The notes under the pieces: model-generated
Told to the model about the DNA's origin: nothing
Database searches by the model: none
Seen by the model: the letters and a program-made list of their open reading frames with translations, nothing else
Shown: positions 48,616-58,932 of the stretch, one piece after another
Layout of the letters: the number at the start of each line of letters is the position of its first letter
Numbering within the stretch: the stretch's first letter is position 1
From: Patescibacteria group bacterium
GTDB lineage: Bacteria > Patescibacteriota > Microgenomatia > UBA10105 > UBA927
Assembly (NCBI GenBank): GCA_049322955.1
Contig: JBMOPU010000033.1
Coordinates: forward strand, 128,784 to 192,783
Length of the DNA stretch: 64,000 bases
Reading direction: 5' to 3'
Translations under genes and position numbers: made by a program

Positions 48616-49773
48616 CTATGAGCGGTGTAACTGCTGTATGCCGAAGCCGATACCCAACATGACAAACGGTACGATGGGCAAATAGTAACGGGGTTCGTTG
48701 AATACGCAATATGAAAGTACGCTTGCCGTAACCACCGCTCCGGATGCAAGAAATAACAGTTGTTTTTGCGAAACGGTGCGATAACGGGCATTCCATAGAA
48801 AAATAATCAGGCTGAGTATCGCCGCTCCCGTAAGCCACATAGGAAAAACATGATGAACGAGTGAAGCTATACGGGACTGCGGGCTCAGGAGTACATGTGC
48901 CGGATTCACCCGGGAAAAATAGGCGACATGCTCGTCGGTGATGAGCACTCTGTCCCTGAATTGTGCCAACGGGCCATACTCGGGGTAAAAAAAGAAATTC
49001 GGATGGAGGATGAGAAATACCAGCAAACACGAGAATACCGTCACGCCGAGTGCCGCACCGTATTTCCGATACGGAAAACCCGACTTTTTATTGAGCGCGT
49101 ATGCCATGAGGAAGGCGATGATCGGGAGAAAAAGTAATCCGTTTATTTTGGTGCTGACGAGCATACCCAACGCAATGCCGATCGCCGCAAAATTTCCCCA
49201 TGATCTTCGATGCCAAAAAAGTGACAACAGCAGAATCATTTGCCACAACAGAAGAATTCCGTCGGAGAACGCATGGGTGGCGACATGGGTGACGATGGGA
49301 TGCATGCCGAAGAGTATTGTGGCAAGTGCCGCGGAAAGCGCCGGGAGACCGATAAGGATCCCTAACGGATAGAGGAGGGAAATAGCCAACGCGGTTATCA
49401 CAGCGGAAATAATCCGTGCATGAATAACCAGGGAGAAAGCCGCGTGATCAATCGGAAACGGCATCGGTTCGAATGATATCCATCGGTAATAGGTCTGAGG
49501 AGCCGTTCCCGTTATCCGTACGTCGCGATGTCCGAACAGCAGTAGCCCTACTCCATACACATATTTGGCGCCGTTAAAGTTGGTAAATCCGTAATTTTCC
49601 CGCCACAGCGGATTTTTTGTGTCCCGGTTTTGTAACAGGTGCACCGTGTTCGCCGTGCTTATCCAATACATTTCATCGGTGAAAAAAGCGACCGTATTTC
49701 TATAAATCGGGATTAGGTAAATCACCAATGCAACACCAAACAACAAAAATGTAATCGCGAGGTGTTTGTGCAT
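48616..49773 (-). CDS. polytopic membrane protein, putative GT-C glycosyltransferase (GT39/GT83 ArnT/PMT-like)
   Basis: About 11 TM helices. A DE-x-Y motif (TDEMYW) lies in the first periplasmic loop, as in ArnT/PMT enzymes. Confidence 0.5.
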   Translation of the reverse strand: MHKHLAITFLLFGVALVIYLIPIYRNTVAFFTDEMYWISTANTVHLLQNRDTKNPLWRENYGFTNFNGAKYVYGVGLLLFGHRDVRITGTAPQTYYRWISFEPMPFPIDHAAFSLVIHARIISAVITALAISLLYPLGILIGLPALSAALATILFGMHPIVTHVATHAFSDGILLLWQMILLLSLFWHRRSWGNFAAIGIALGMLVSTKINGLLFLPIIAFLMAYALNKKSGFPYRKYGAALGVTVFSCLLVFLILHPNFFFYPEYGPLAQFRDRVLITDEHVAYFSRVNPAHVLLSPQSRIASLVHHVFPMWLTGAAILSLIIFLWNARYRTVSQKQLLFLASGAVVTASVLSYCVFNEPRYYLPIVPFVMLGIGFGIQQLHRS

Positions 49774-49953
49774 ACACTCATACTAGCACGGATCCCATCA
49801 AAACCCCCCGCCGGTGGCGGGGGGAAGTTGATAAAACGTCTTACGGCTGGCTCCGAAACGCAAAAACAAATGCTTTTGCGGCTTCGGAGCAATATGAACG
49901 TTCATTGACCGGAAGACCGATCACCGTGGTTCGGTCTTCACCAGAAAAGGACA

Positions 49954-50094
49954 TTAGCCACCGATCTTGTACATACCGGTTCCACACACGGGGCATTTTC
50001 CTTTCATTGCCGGCTTACCATTTTTCATGGTAACTTTGACGGCTTTGTCATCTTCGCGCTTCGCGCGACATTTTACGCAATACATTTGTGCCAT
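49954..50094 (-). CDS. small zinc-ribbon protein (46 aa, CxxC…CxxC, DUF5679-like). It is absent from the ORF track.
   Basis: Hand translation gives MAQMYCVKCRAKREDDKAVKVTMKNGKPAMKGKCPVCGTGMYKIGG. An AAGGAGGTG Shine-Dalgarno sequence lies 9 nt upstream. Confidence 0.6.
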   Translation of the reverse strand: MAQMYCVKCRAKREDDKAVKVTMKNGKPAMKGKCPVCGTGMYKIGG

Positions 50095-50126
50095 AGTTTT
50101 TTTCACCTCCTTTCCAAAAAAGATAG

Positions 50127-50435
50127 TTATCTAGGCAGCCACGATGTGAGCAGGAATTCGCACACGAGAATAGCAACGGTGATCAATACCGTCTTTACAA
50201 GAGCTTTCTTTATTAGACTATAATTCGCTTCCGTCGCTACGGAAGTCCGCGAGGATGCTTTTCCGGTCGAAAGGGAGAACGAAAAAGACGAATTTGCCGG
50301 GGTAAGAGGCACGGCGGTTGCCGGCGCATGCGTTGCTATCGGAGCCAAATGCGACCTTCGCGCACTCGCGAGCAGTTTTTCCTTTTTGGTTTTTTTAGGC
50401 ATACAGAATGAAGCTCGTGGGCATGAGCGTAGCAT
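50127..50435 (-). CDS. hypothetical small tail-anchored membrane protein (low complexity)
   Basis: Open frame with a C-terminal TM helix, directly upstream of the zinc-ribbon gene. Weak support. Confidence 0.25.
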   Translation of the reverse strand: MLRSCPRASFCMPKKTKKEKLLASARRSHLAPIATHAPATAVPLTPANSSFSFSLSTGKASSRTSVATEANYSLIKKALVKTVLITVAILVCEFLLTSWLPR

Positions 50436-50548
50436 AGGCCAGATTCGGTTGTCAACTTCGTTAGCCTCATCCGACGCACAAAAAGAGAAAATGAGTGCGG
50501 CAAACGATTGACAACGATGAAATGGGAATCGTAATATGATGAATACGA

Positions 50549-51034
50549 ATGGTGTTCAATAGCGCATTACTCATCGGAGGGATAGGAGTCGGCTTTGCCC
50601 TGTGGTTGGGAATCATTTCATTTTTGCTAATTCGGATGATTTCGCATTATAATAAGTTGACCGTCGGAGGGACAAAAACGGGACTTTTCGACGCACTTGA
50701 GGGAATATTCCGATCGATACATAACTTGCAGGGAAGAGTCGGAATATTGGAAGATCGGACAAACTCGATTGCGGTTGATGGTGAATTTCATGTACAACGG
50801 ATCGGTATCGTCCGGTTTAATCCTTTTGCGGACACGGGAGGCGCGCAGAGTTTTTCCATAGCCCTTCTTGATGCGCAGGGAAGCGGTGTCGTCATGACAT
50901 CACTGTATGCTCGGGCAGGGAACAGGTGGTATGTCAAGGAAGTAGTGCGGGGCAAAGGAAAAGAGCTTGCCCTGTCAAAGGAAGAAGAATCGGTCATCGA
51001 AAAAGCAAAACAGATAGGAGACAAAGCTGTATGA
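50549..51034 (+). CDS. DUF4446-family protein (N-terminal TM)
   Basis: RFNPFADTGGAQSFSIALLDAQGSGVV…RWYVKEV matches the DUF4446 pattern. Confidence 0.6.
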   Translation: MVFNSALLIGGIGVGFALWLGIISFLLIRMISHYNKLTVGGTKTGLFDALEGIFRSIHNLQGRVGILEDRTNSIAVDGEFHVQRIGIVRFNPFADTGGAQSFSIALLDAQGSGVVMTSLYARAGNRWYVKEVVRGKGKELALSKEEESVIEKAKQIGDKAV

Positions 51035-52209
51035 ATAAACAAAAATTTGCGGTAACGATGCTTATCGGTTTGGTTTTATATCTTATTGCCACGGGATTAT
51101 CGTTTGCCGGCTTTTCCATGCTCAATAAATCATCGGGTAGCGCACCAACGACGAAAAACACCGGAAACGGGGCACAAGAACATTTTGCTGTTGATCCGTC
51201 CGCACCGAAAACCGCGGCATGCCCGATTAACGGCATGTTTTACACGGAGCAGGAAAAAGCCATCTGGGAGACAAGACGGCCGTTGGCGGTCATGATCGAA
51301 AATCATGCGGATAGCCGTCCGCAATCGGGCCTTTCAAGCGCCGATGTCGTGTATGAATCGGTTGTTGAGGGCGGAATTACCCGATTTATGGGTGTTTTCT
51401 ACTGCGGTATTGCCGCAAAGTCCGTTAATCTTGCCCCCGTGAGGAGCGCGCGTGAACACTACCTGGGATGGGTGCAGGAATATGATGCGCTCTATAACCA
51501 TGTGGGAGGAGCCGGTCTTTGTAATGATCCGACCGTCGATGAACGGGCAAAGGCGCTCTGCCACATCCAGCAATATAAGATCAAAGATATGGATCAGTTC
51601 GGTATTTCATTTCCTACCTGTTACCGCAATTATGACCGGTTGGATCATGAAGTGGCGACGGAACATACGATGGTGTGTGTGACGGATAAATTGCTCTCCC
51701 TTGCCAAGCAAAAAGGCTGGACGAATGTTGATGCGGCGGGTGTTTCATGGGACAAAAATTTTCAGCCCTGGAAGTTTAAAAATGACGCCAAAGAAAACGA
51801 GCGCGGAACCGCAACAAGTATCAGTTTCTCCGCATGGAAGGGGTATGAGCGTGATTACGGCGTCAAATGGGATTATGACAAAGTGGCAAATGTCTATAAG
51901 CGTACCAACGGGGGGGCGCCCCATATGGATCTGGAAACCAAACAACAGCTGACGGCAAAAGCGGTGGCAATCCTGTTCGCGAAGGAAACCGGTCCCGTTG
52001 ACTCGCACGGGCATCTTCTGTATGCCAATTTAGGAAGCGGTGAAGGCATTGTGTTTCAGGACGGTAAAGCGACAAAAGCGGTATGGAAGAAAGAAACACG
52101 TACGGCACGGACAAAGTTCTATGACGCATCGACCAATAAGGAGATAGAATTCACACGCGGACAAATATGGATCGAGATGTTGCCCACGGGAACACCGGTT
52201 ACGTACTAA
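51031..52209 (+). CDS. DUF3048 (YerB-like) secreted/lipoprotein-like protein
   Basis: PLAVMIENHADSRPQSGLSSADVVYESVVEGGITRFMGVF matches the DUF3048 core. Start at MNKQKF, with an AGGAG Shine-Dalgarno sequence. Confidence 0.65.
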   Translation: MNKQKFAVTMLIGLVLYLIATGLSFAGFSMLNKSSGSAPTTKNTGNGAQEHFAVDPSAPKTAACPINGMFYTEQEKAIWETRRPLAVMIENHADSRPQSGLSSADVVYESVVEGGITRFMGVFYCGIAAKSVNLAPVRSAREHYLGWVQEYDALYNHVGGAGLCNDPTVDERAKALCHIQQYKIKDMDQFGISFPTCYRNYDRLDHEVATEHTMVCVTDKLLSLAKQKGWTNVDAAGVSWDKNFQPWKFKNDAKENERGTATSISFSAWKGYERDYGVKWDYDKVANVYKRTNGGAPHMDLETKQQLTAKAVAILFAKETGPVDSHGHLLYANLGSGEGIVFQDGKATKAVWKKETRTARTKFYDASTNKEIEFTRGQIWIEMLPTGTPVTY

Positions 52210-52249
52210 ACCTCTGCCCAGTCCCGCCGAGGCGGGAGAAGGAGGATGT

Positions 52250-52831
52250 ATGCTTCTTGAAGATCTGATTATTTCTCGGGTTCGAGTAAAGATGTTGTCG
52301 TTATTTCTGAATAATCCGGCAACCATTTATCATGTTCGTGAAATCGTACGGCAAGTCGGAGAAGAAATAAATGCCGTCCGTCGGGAACTCGCTCACCTTG
52401 AAAAAGCGGGGATGCTTGCCAAAGAACAACGGGCAAACCGTCTCTTCTACCGTTTCCGGAAAGATTATCCGTTGTATTTTGAACTCATGGAGCTTATCGG
52501 CAAAACGACCGGGCTCGGTTGGGATATCGTCAAAAACAGAACGAAGCTCGGCAAAATTAAATATGCCATGCTTTCAGGGAGGTTTCTTCGCGGGCTTCCC
52601 CATACGAGTAGCAGTGATGTGGATCTTTTGATTGTCGGTTCCGTCGTTCTGCCTGAACTTGCAAGCTATGTGAAGGCGGAAGAGGTGAAAAAAGAACGCG
52701 AGCTCAATTATACCGTTATGTCCGAAGAGGAATTTACTTTTCGAAAAAGAAGACGGGATCCGTTTGTCCTTGAAATTCTCGGAGGGTCGCGGGTACTTCT
52801 TATCGGCGATGAGGAAGAATTGGTAAATTAA
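52250..52831 (+). CDS. winged-helix transcriptional regulator fused to a minimal nucleotidyltransferase (MNT) domain
   Basis: N-terminal wHTH (…YHVREIVRQVGEEINAVRRELAHLEKAGML…). The C-terminus has G-x(n)-SSSDVDLLIVG, an NTase signature. Confidence 0.5.
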   Translation: MLLEDLIISRVRVKMLSLFLNNPATIYHVREIVRQVGEEINAVRRELAHLEKAGMLAKEQRANRLFYRFRKDYPLYFELMELIGKTTGLGWDIVKNRTKLGKIKYAMLSGRFLRGLPHTSSSDVDLLIVGSVVLPELASYVKAEEVKKERELNYTVMSEEEFTFRKRRRDPFVLEILGGSRVLLIGDEEELVN

Positions 52832-52921
52832 CGCTATCTTGTCATTCTGAACTTGCATCAGCATCCGGGAATTATTTTGATTGATGCCGGATCAAGCCAG
52901 GCATGACATAATAATACAATT

Positions 52922-54280
52922 ATGTTTCGCAATCCACGAAAGGTGTTCTTTCTTCTCTTTGTTTTGACCATGCTTCTTGTCGTGGTTGATCTTCCGGAAA
53001 ACTATCGGGTGAAATTTAATTTCCTCGGTATCTCGGTCGATCGCATCATCAATCCTCCCACGATCAGACTTTTCGGTTGGGTGAAGCCAATCCGGACTTC
53101 CTTGGGACTCGATCTTGCAGGCGGCAGTCACGTGGTGCTTGAAGCGGACATGAAGGATATTGCCGCAGGGGACCGTGCCCAGGCTATAGAATCCGCTAAG
53201 GAAGTTATTGATCGCAGGGTGAACTTTTTCGGGGTTTCCGAGCCCGTCGTTCAAACCGCGATATCGGAAAATTCCTATCGAATTATCGTCGAACTTCCCG
53301 GAGTCAATGATGTCGACCAGGCAATTGATCTTATCGGGCAGACAGCGCTTTTGGATTTCCGTGAATTTACCGACGCCGGTGAAGCGAGCGCCGGCGCATT
53401 CGTTATCCCGATGCTTGAAAACACCAAGTCGGTGGGACTCACCGGTAAGGACTTGGCACGGGCAAGCATGCAATACAGTCCGCAAACGGGGCAACCCGAA
53501 GTGCAATTGGAGTTTAATGCTGAGGGAGCAAAAAAATTTGCCGACGCAACGACCCGACTGGTGGGGAAGCCGATTGCGATTTTTTTGGATGCCATACCGC
53601 TGACATCCCCGACAGTGCAAACGGCAATTACCGACGGGAGAGCCGTGATTACGGGAAGTTTTGATCGGGACACCGCAAAAACACTTGCGCTTCAGCTCAA
53701 CGCGGGAGCGCTTCCCGTACCGGTACATCCGGTTGAACAACGGACGGTGGAAGCAACCCTAGGTGCTGAATCCGTGGCAAAGAGTATCACCGCGGGCGTT
53801 ATCGGTCTGGGATTTGTGGCGCTGTTTATGGTGCTCCAGTATGGCAGGCTCGGGCTTATTGCCGATGCCGCGCTTATACTGTACGGGTTATTATCGTTCG
53901 GCGTGTTCCGGCTCTTCGGTATCACCCTCACGCTTCCGGGTATTGCGGGATTCTTACTTTCGATCGGTATGGCGGTTGACAGTAATATCCTTATTTTCGA
54001 GCGGTATAAGGAAGAACTTCAATCAGGAAAACCGTGGGGAATTGCCATGGAACAGGCATTCGGGAAGGCGTGGGATAGTATCCGGGATGCGAATTTTACG
54101 ACCATTATCACTTCACTTATTCTCTATAATCCTGCGAATTCGAGTCTCTTGCCTTCAAACGGCCTTGTTCGCGGGTTTGCGGCGACACTTCTCATCGGCG
54201 TGCTCATGAGCTTATTTACGGGCATCGTCGCCACGCGAACCTATATCCGCGTGTTCTATAAGGAGAAAAAATCACTATGA
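52922..54280 (+). CDS. secD: protein translocase subunit SecD
   Basis: SecD periplasmic domain and the C-terminal six-TM RND-like domain. Confidence 0.9.
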   Translation: MFRNPRKVFFLLFVLTMLLVVVDLPENYRVKFNFLGISVDRIINPPTIRLFGWVKPIRTSLGLDLAGGSHVVLEADMKDIAAGDRAQAIESAKEVIDRRVNFFGVSEPVVQTAISENSYRIIVELPGVNDVDQAIDLIGQTALLDFREFTDAGEASAGAFVIPMLENTKSVGLTGKDLARASMQYSPQTGQPEVQLEFNAEGAKKFADATTRLVGKPIAIFLDAIPLTSPTVQTAITDGRAVITGSFDRDTAKTLALQLNAGALPVPVHPVEQRTVEATLGAESVAKSITAGVIGLGFVALFMVLQYGRLGLIADAALILYGLLSFGVFRLFGITLTLPGIAGFLLSIGMAVDSNILIFERYKEELQSGKPWGIAMEQAFGKAWDSIRDANFTTIITSLILYNPANSSLLPSNGLVRGFAATLLIGVLMSLFTGIVATRTYIRVFYKEKKSL

Positions 54281-55155
54281 TACGGTTCAGTAAATATCTT
54301 TGGCTGTACGCTCTCATTTCGTTGACGGTATTGGTGCCCGGCATATATTCCCTTGTCCGCTACGGGTTCCGCCAGTCGATCGATTTTGCGGGGGGAACAT
54401 TGGTCGAATATCGGACAAGTAAGCCGGTATCCGTCGACATCGTGGAGCGGGCGGCCCGTGATGCTTCAATTGATCTCGTGAGTGTCCAGCAATCCCGTGA
54501 CTCGTCGATTCTTACCCGCATGAAACAGGAGCCGAAAGAACGGATCAGTACACTCACACAGCGCATTGAAGAACTCGCATCGGTAAGTGCGGTTATCCTC
54601 CGCAATGAAACCGTCGGTCCGACACTCGGTGCGGAACTTCTTCGGAAAGCGCTTTTTGCCGCACTCCTTGCCATCTCGGCCATCCTTCTCTATGTTGCCT
54701 GGGCGTTTAAAAATATCCGTTTCGGGGTCGCGGCGGTCATTGCGCTTATGCACGATCTCCTGGTGGTGTTGGGGATGTTTTCATTGTTCGGGTACTACCT
54801 CGGTATTGAAGTGGACACGTTGTTCGTCACCGCATTTTTGACGACGATGAGTTTTTCCGTTCACGATACCATCGTGGTGTTTGACCGAATCCGTGAGTAT
54901 ATACGACGGGATAGAAACCGACCCTTTGACGAAATTGCCGATATGGCGCTTACGGAAACCATGAATCGGTCGCTTACTAATTCATTTACGATCATTTTCA
55001 TGTTGGTTGCGCTCATTCTTATGGGAGGGGAGACCATCAAATGGTTTGTCATGGCCCTTCTCATCGGTACCGTGTCGGGAACCTATTCGTCACCGTTTGT
55101 GGCAACCCCGATCCTCATTCTCTGGCATAAATGGGATAAACAAAAGCGAAGTTAG
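54277..55155 (+). CDS. secF: protein translocase subunit SecF
   Basis: SecF family. Overlaps secD by 4 nt. Confidence 0.9.
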   Translation: MIRFSKYLWLYALISLTVLVPGIYSLVRYGFRQSIDFAGGTLVEYRTSKPVSVDIVERAARDASIDLVSVQQSRDSSILTRMKQEPKERISTLTQRIEELASVSAVILRNETVGPTLGAELLRKALFAALLAISAILLYVAWAFKNIRFGVAAVIALMHDLLVVLGMFSLFGYYLGIEVDTLFVTAFLTTMSFSVHDTIVVFDRIREYIRRDRNRPFDEIADMALTETMNRSLTNSFTIIFMLVALILMGGETIKWFVMALLIGTVSGTYSSPFVATPILILWHKWDKQKRS

Positions 55156-55166
55156 AATCCCGTTGG

Positions 55167-56537
55167 TCAATGGACAAAAGTCGTTTTGAGATCCGACATT
55201 TTGGCGAGTAACTGTGCCCTTTCATTGGGAAGCGTTCCGTTTTCCACTTCGGCAAAAAGCGCATCCAGTACCTTGCCGATAACGGGCCCGGGAGTGACGG
55301 CAAAAATCTTCATGACATCATGTCCGTTCACCTGTAAATCTGCAACGGTGAAAGGCTGTTTTTGCACTTCTGCAAGCCTTTTTTTATAGAGTTCGAGACG
55401 CCATGACGTTTCTGTGGCTCCTCCGCCAAGTCGATCGCCGATACGAAGAGCAAGCATATGATCGAGATTTTCTTTGCCGACGCGGCGGATAAATCGACGA
55501 AGGGCGCTGTCCGTTTGGCGTTCATCCACGCTGAATTGGTGCCATCGCACCAAAATATAGAGGAGCTCAGCCTGTTTTCGGGAGAGGCGAAGCCGATTGG
55601 CGACCTGTTTTGCTATACGCGAGCCGACCACTTCATGGTTGTAGAAGGTGATAACGCCCGTCTCATCTTTGCGAAATGTCGGCGGCTTTCCCAAATCGTG
55701 GATAAGGGTGGCAAGACGGACGATGGGATCGGTTGACGGACAAAATTTCATCGCCATGACTGAATGAGTCCCCACATCGTAGATATGATGCCGCTTCGGG
55801 CTTTTTTGCGGGGTTGCAAATGCCGTTTCAAGCTCGGGAAGAATGTAATGGAGAAGTCCGATGTTTTTAAGCACCAACACCGCATCGGCGGCATGGGGAG
55901 ATGTTAAAATTTTAAGAAACTCATCGCGGATGCGTTCAGCGGAAATTTTCGTGATAAGCGATGCATGTTCCGATATGGCGGCCGCGGATTGTTCTTCGAC
56001 GGCAAATCCGAATCGTGCGGCGAACCGTACGGCACGAAGCATCCGTAACGAATCTTCACGGAATCTGTCGGAAGGCAAACCCACGGTGCGAATCAATTTT
56101 GCCGCAATATCCGTTTGTCCGTCATACGGGTCAATAAGTGCGTTGCCGTCAAACGCGATGGCGTTCATCGTAAAATCGCGTCGTGATAAATCCTCAAGGA
56201 GTGTTTTGCCCCAGGTAATTTTATCGGGATGACGGTGATCGCCATACCCTTCTTCACTCCGATAGGTGGTTACCTCATAAATATCGATGACGGCAGACTC
56301 CGGTTGCTCAGGGTGCTCGCGCAGTTTAATGCCGACCGTGCCGAATTGGTTGTCGTAAAAGCTGTCGGGAAAAAGAGCAAGAATTTCCTCGGGTGTTGCG
56401 TTCGTCGTAAAATCCCAGCCGTGGGTTTCGCTCCCCATGAGCAAATCACGTACGGATCCTCCCACTGCGTAACACTCAAAACCGGCCTTCCGAAAGGTAT
56501 CGATAATGGTTTGTGCGGATTGAGGTAGGCTAATCAT
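55167..56537 (-). CDS. cca: CCA tRNA nucleotidyltransferase (class II polymerase-beta head plus HD domain)
   Basis: GGSVRDLLMG…DFTTN NTase head and an HD motif (HHIYDVGTHS…LIHDLGKP). Start at 56537. The alternative at 56573 would overlap recJ. Confidence 0.85.
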   Translation of the reverse strand: MISLPQSAQTIIDTFRKAGFECYAVGGSVRDLLMGSETHGWDFTTNATPEEILALFPDSFYDNQFGTVGIKLREHPEQPESAVIDIYEVTTYRSEEGYGDHRHPDKITWGKTLLEDLSRRDFTMNAIAFDGNALIDPYDGQTDIAAKLIRTVGLPSDRFREDSLRMLRAVRFAARFGFAVEEQSAAAISEHASLITKISAERIRDEFLKILTSPHAADAVLVLKNIGLLHYILPELETAFATPQKSPKRHHIYDVGTHSVMAMKFCPSTDPIVRLATLIHDLGKPPTFRKDETGVITFYNHEVVGSRIAKQVANRLRLSRKQAELLYILVRWHQFSVDERQTDSALRRFIRRVGKENLDHMLALRIGDRLGGGATETSWRLELYKKRLAEVQKQPFTVADLQVNGHDVMKIFAVTPGPVIGKVLDALFAEVENGTLPNERAQLLAKMSDLKTTFVH

Positions 56538-56555
56538 ACTGGTATTATACCTAGA

Positions 56556-58235
56556 ATGAGCAGGAAGTGGCATATTATCCGTGAATTTGATGGTTCCGAC
56601 GACAAAATGAGCCCGGCTTCACTGATAGCGGATATTTTGGGAGATCGGGGTATTGCAACCGCCGGGGAGCGAAAAAATTTTTTGCATCCGAAAGATCCCG
56701 CAACGCTCACTGCCGATGACGTCGGTATTGCTCCCGATGCCCTTACCGCGGCACTTACAAGGATCATCAAAGCCATAGATGCAAGAGAATCCGTTGTGGT
56801 CTATGCCGATTATGATGCCGACGGAATAACGGCGGGAGCGGTTCTTTGGGAAACACTATGGAAATTGGGTGCCCGTGCGATGCCCTATATTCCTCATAGG
56901 GTGGAGGAAGGATACGGTCTTTCGGTAAAAGGGATTGATGCGGTGATGGATGAGTACGACCCCTCGCTTATTATCACGGTGGATCACGGTATTACCGCAC
57001 GAGAACAGGTGGAATACGCCAAAAAACGGGGCATCGAAGTGATCGTGACGGATCACCATGTGAAGCCCGAGAAATTACCGCTTTGTACGATCGTGCACAC
57101 CACAGCGCTTTCCGGTTCGGGGGTATCGTGGTTTGTTGCAAAAGAATTGCTCAAGCACTATCACAAGGATGATCCGGAGCTTATTGCACTTCCCGCCATA
57201 GGAACGATTGCCGATCTTTTGCCGCTTATCGGTATCAATCGGGCGATCGTTAAAGCGGGACTCTCCGTTATGCGTACGACAAAACGTATCGGGCTTGATG
57301 CGCTGATCACTGAATCCGGGATAGAAAAGTCCACGCTTTCCACCTACTCGATATCTCACATGATAGCCCCCCGCTTAAATGCGATGGGGAGACTGGAACA
57401 TGCATTGGATGCGCTTCGACTCCTTTGTACGAGGGATCCGGATAAGGCAATCATGCTTGCTCAAAAACTGGGGCTCACCAACAAAGAGCGGCAAAAACTC
57501 ACGGAAGATACCGTAACTCACGCCAGGGAGCTTTTTCTCCGATCAGTAGCCTCCGATCCGTCGGAAAGCAGGCTTATTTTTCTTGCGCATGAATCCTACA
57601 ACCCGGGAGTTATCGGTCTTGTTGCAGGAAGGCTGGTCGAAGCATACTATCGACCCGCCGTTATCCTTGCTATGGGTGACGGGTTTGCCAAAGCCTCCGC
57701 CCGCTCGATTAAGGGGTTTAATATTGTCGAAGCGATCAGAAGATGTTCTGATTTGCTGGTGGATGTCGGCGGGCATCCGATGGCGGCGGGATTTACCGTG
57801 GAAACGAAAAATATCGAAGCATTGCGGGATCGGCTAACGGCACTGGCTACGGATCAATTATCGCCGGAAACCCTGCTCCGCACGCTTACCATAGATGCCG
57901 TCCTTCCGCTGGGGTGGGTGACCGGCGCATTATGGAAGGAAATTCAGGTTTTGGCCCCGTTCGGCTTCGGCAACTATGAGCCGGTGTTTGCGTCAAGAAA
58001 CGTGATAATCAACGATAGTAGGATTATCGGGGCAACCAAAAAGCATATCAAGCTTTCTCTCACGGAAAAAAAGACAAGAAACGTATTTGAAGCAGTGGGA
58101 TTTAATATGGCCGATGAGTTCGGGGGTATCCCGAAAGGAACGGTTGCCGATGTTGCCTACTCGATCGATATGAACGAGTGGAACGGAAAAAGAACGCTCC
58201 AGCTGAAGCTAAAAGACATCATCATTTCCCCATAA
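56556..58235 (+). CDS. recJ: single-stranded-DNA-specific exonuclease RecJ
   Basis: DHH motifs (VYADYDADGITAG; TVDHGI; VTDHH) and DHHA1. An alternative start is at 56607. Confidence 0.85.
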   Translation: MSRKWHIIREFDGSDDKMSPASLIADILGDRGIATAGERKNFLHPKDPATLTADDVGIAPDALTAALTRIIKAIDARESVVVYADYDADGITAGAVLWETLWKLGARAMPYIPHRVEEGYGLSVKGIDAVMDEYDPSLIITVDHGITAREQVEYAKKRGIEVIVTDHHVKPEKLPLCTIVHTTALSGSGVSWFVAKELLKHYHKDDPELIALPAIGTIADLLPLIGINRAIVKAGLSVMRTTKRIGLDALITESGIEKSTLSTYSISHMIAPRLNAMGRLEHALDALRLLCTRDPDKAIMLAQKLGLTNKERQKLTEDTVTHARELFLRSVASDPSESRLIFLAHESYNPGVIGLVAGRLVEAYYRPAVILAMGDGFAKASARSIKGFNIVEAIRRCSDLLVDVGGHPMAAGFTVETKNIEALRDRLTALATDQLSPETLLRTLTIDAVLPLGWVTGALWKEIQVLAPFGFGNYEPVFASRNVIINDSRIIGATKKHIKLSLTEKKTRNVFEAVGFNMADEFGGIPKGTVADVAYSIDMNEWNGKRTLQLKLKDIIISP

Positions 58236-58932
58236 AAAATCCCCGCGTTCGGATCGGCGCTATTGCCGGTGAACACGGGGATTTGTGTTGTTGTTCGTTT
58301 CCCATAAACGCTTTGATTGAAAAAGTAATTATGTTGTGTGTCACTCCTTCAGAAAAAGCGTTTATGAGACAAAATGTCGGGGGAGTATAAAAAATAAAAT
58401 ACGCAAACCAGTATGCGCAGTGTATGTTCAATAGCCCCCCCGAAGAATAAGAAGACCTCGACCCGAGGTTGAGGTCTTCTTATCCGTATTCGGTTGTAGG
58501 TCGGGTTGTAGTCACCCGGCGTGGTGGGAGTGGTCAGGGTGTCCTTTGCGGCACCATGAACACAGTCCGTCCTTTGCACCGAGTGTCGGCGCGCCGCATT
58601 TTCTCCCTTTCAGGAAGCCGCGACTTTTGTGAAATTTTCCGTTCTTACATTTGCAGGTCTGTTGCGTATGGGTAAGCTTCTCTTTACCTGCCTGTGGCTC
58701 CGGTGTTTGTGCCGGGGTTGGGTGCGTTTTTTGTCTCATACGGTCCTCTTTAGTCATAAAAATTTGGCGGATGGGTGGGTATTACGGTTTGTATCTCTTT
58801 CTTTTCGTACTCCTCTGTTTGGTTGGGATTTTATTTTTTTATTGCCCCCGATTTTTGAACAACGGAAAAGACGGAACGGACAGTATTTCCGTCTTTGCCA
58901 TCGCTCAAAAGATGTTAAGGTGCCTCACAACA

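Noticed and set aside
56538-56606. Precise starts of divergent cca and recJ
   Set aside because: With cca at 56537 and recJ at 56556, the divergent spacer is only 18 bp. A recJ start at 56607 would give 69 bp. I cannot decide from sequence alone. recJ is reported at 56556 because MSRKWHII resembles RecJ N-termini, but the later start is plausible.
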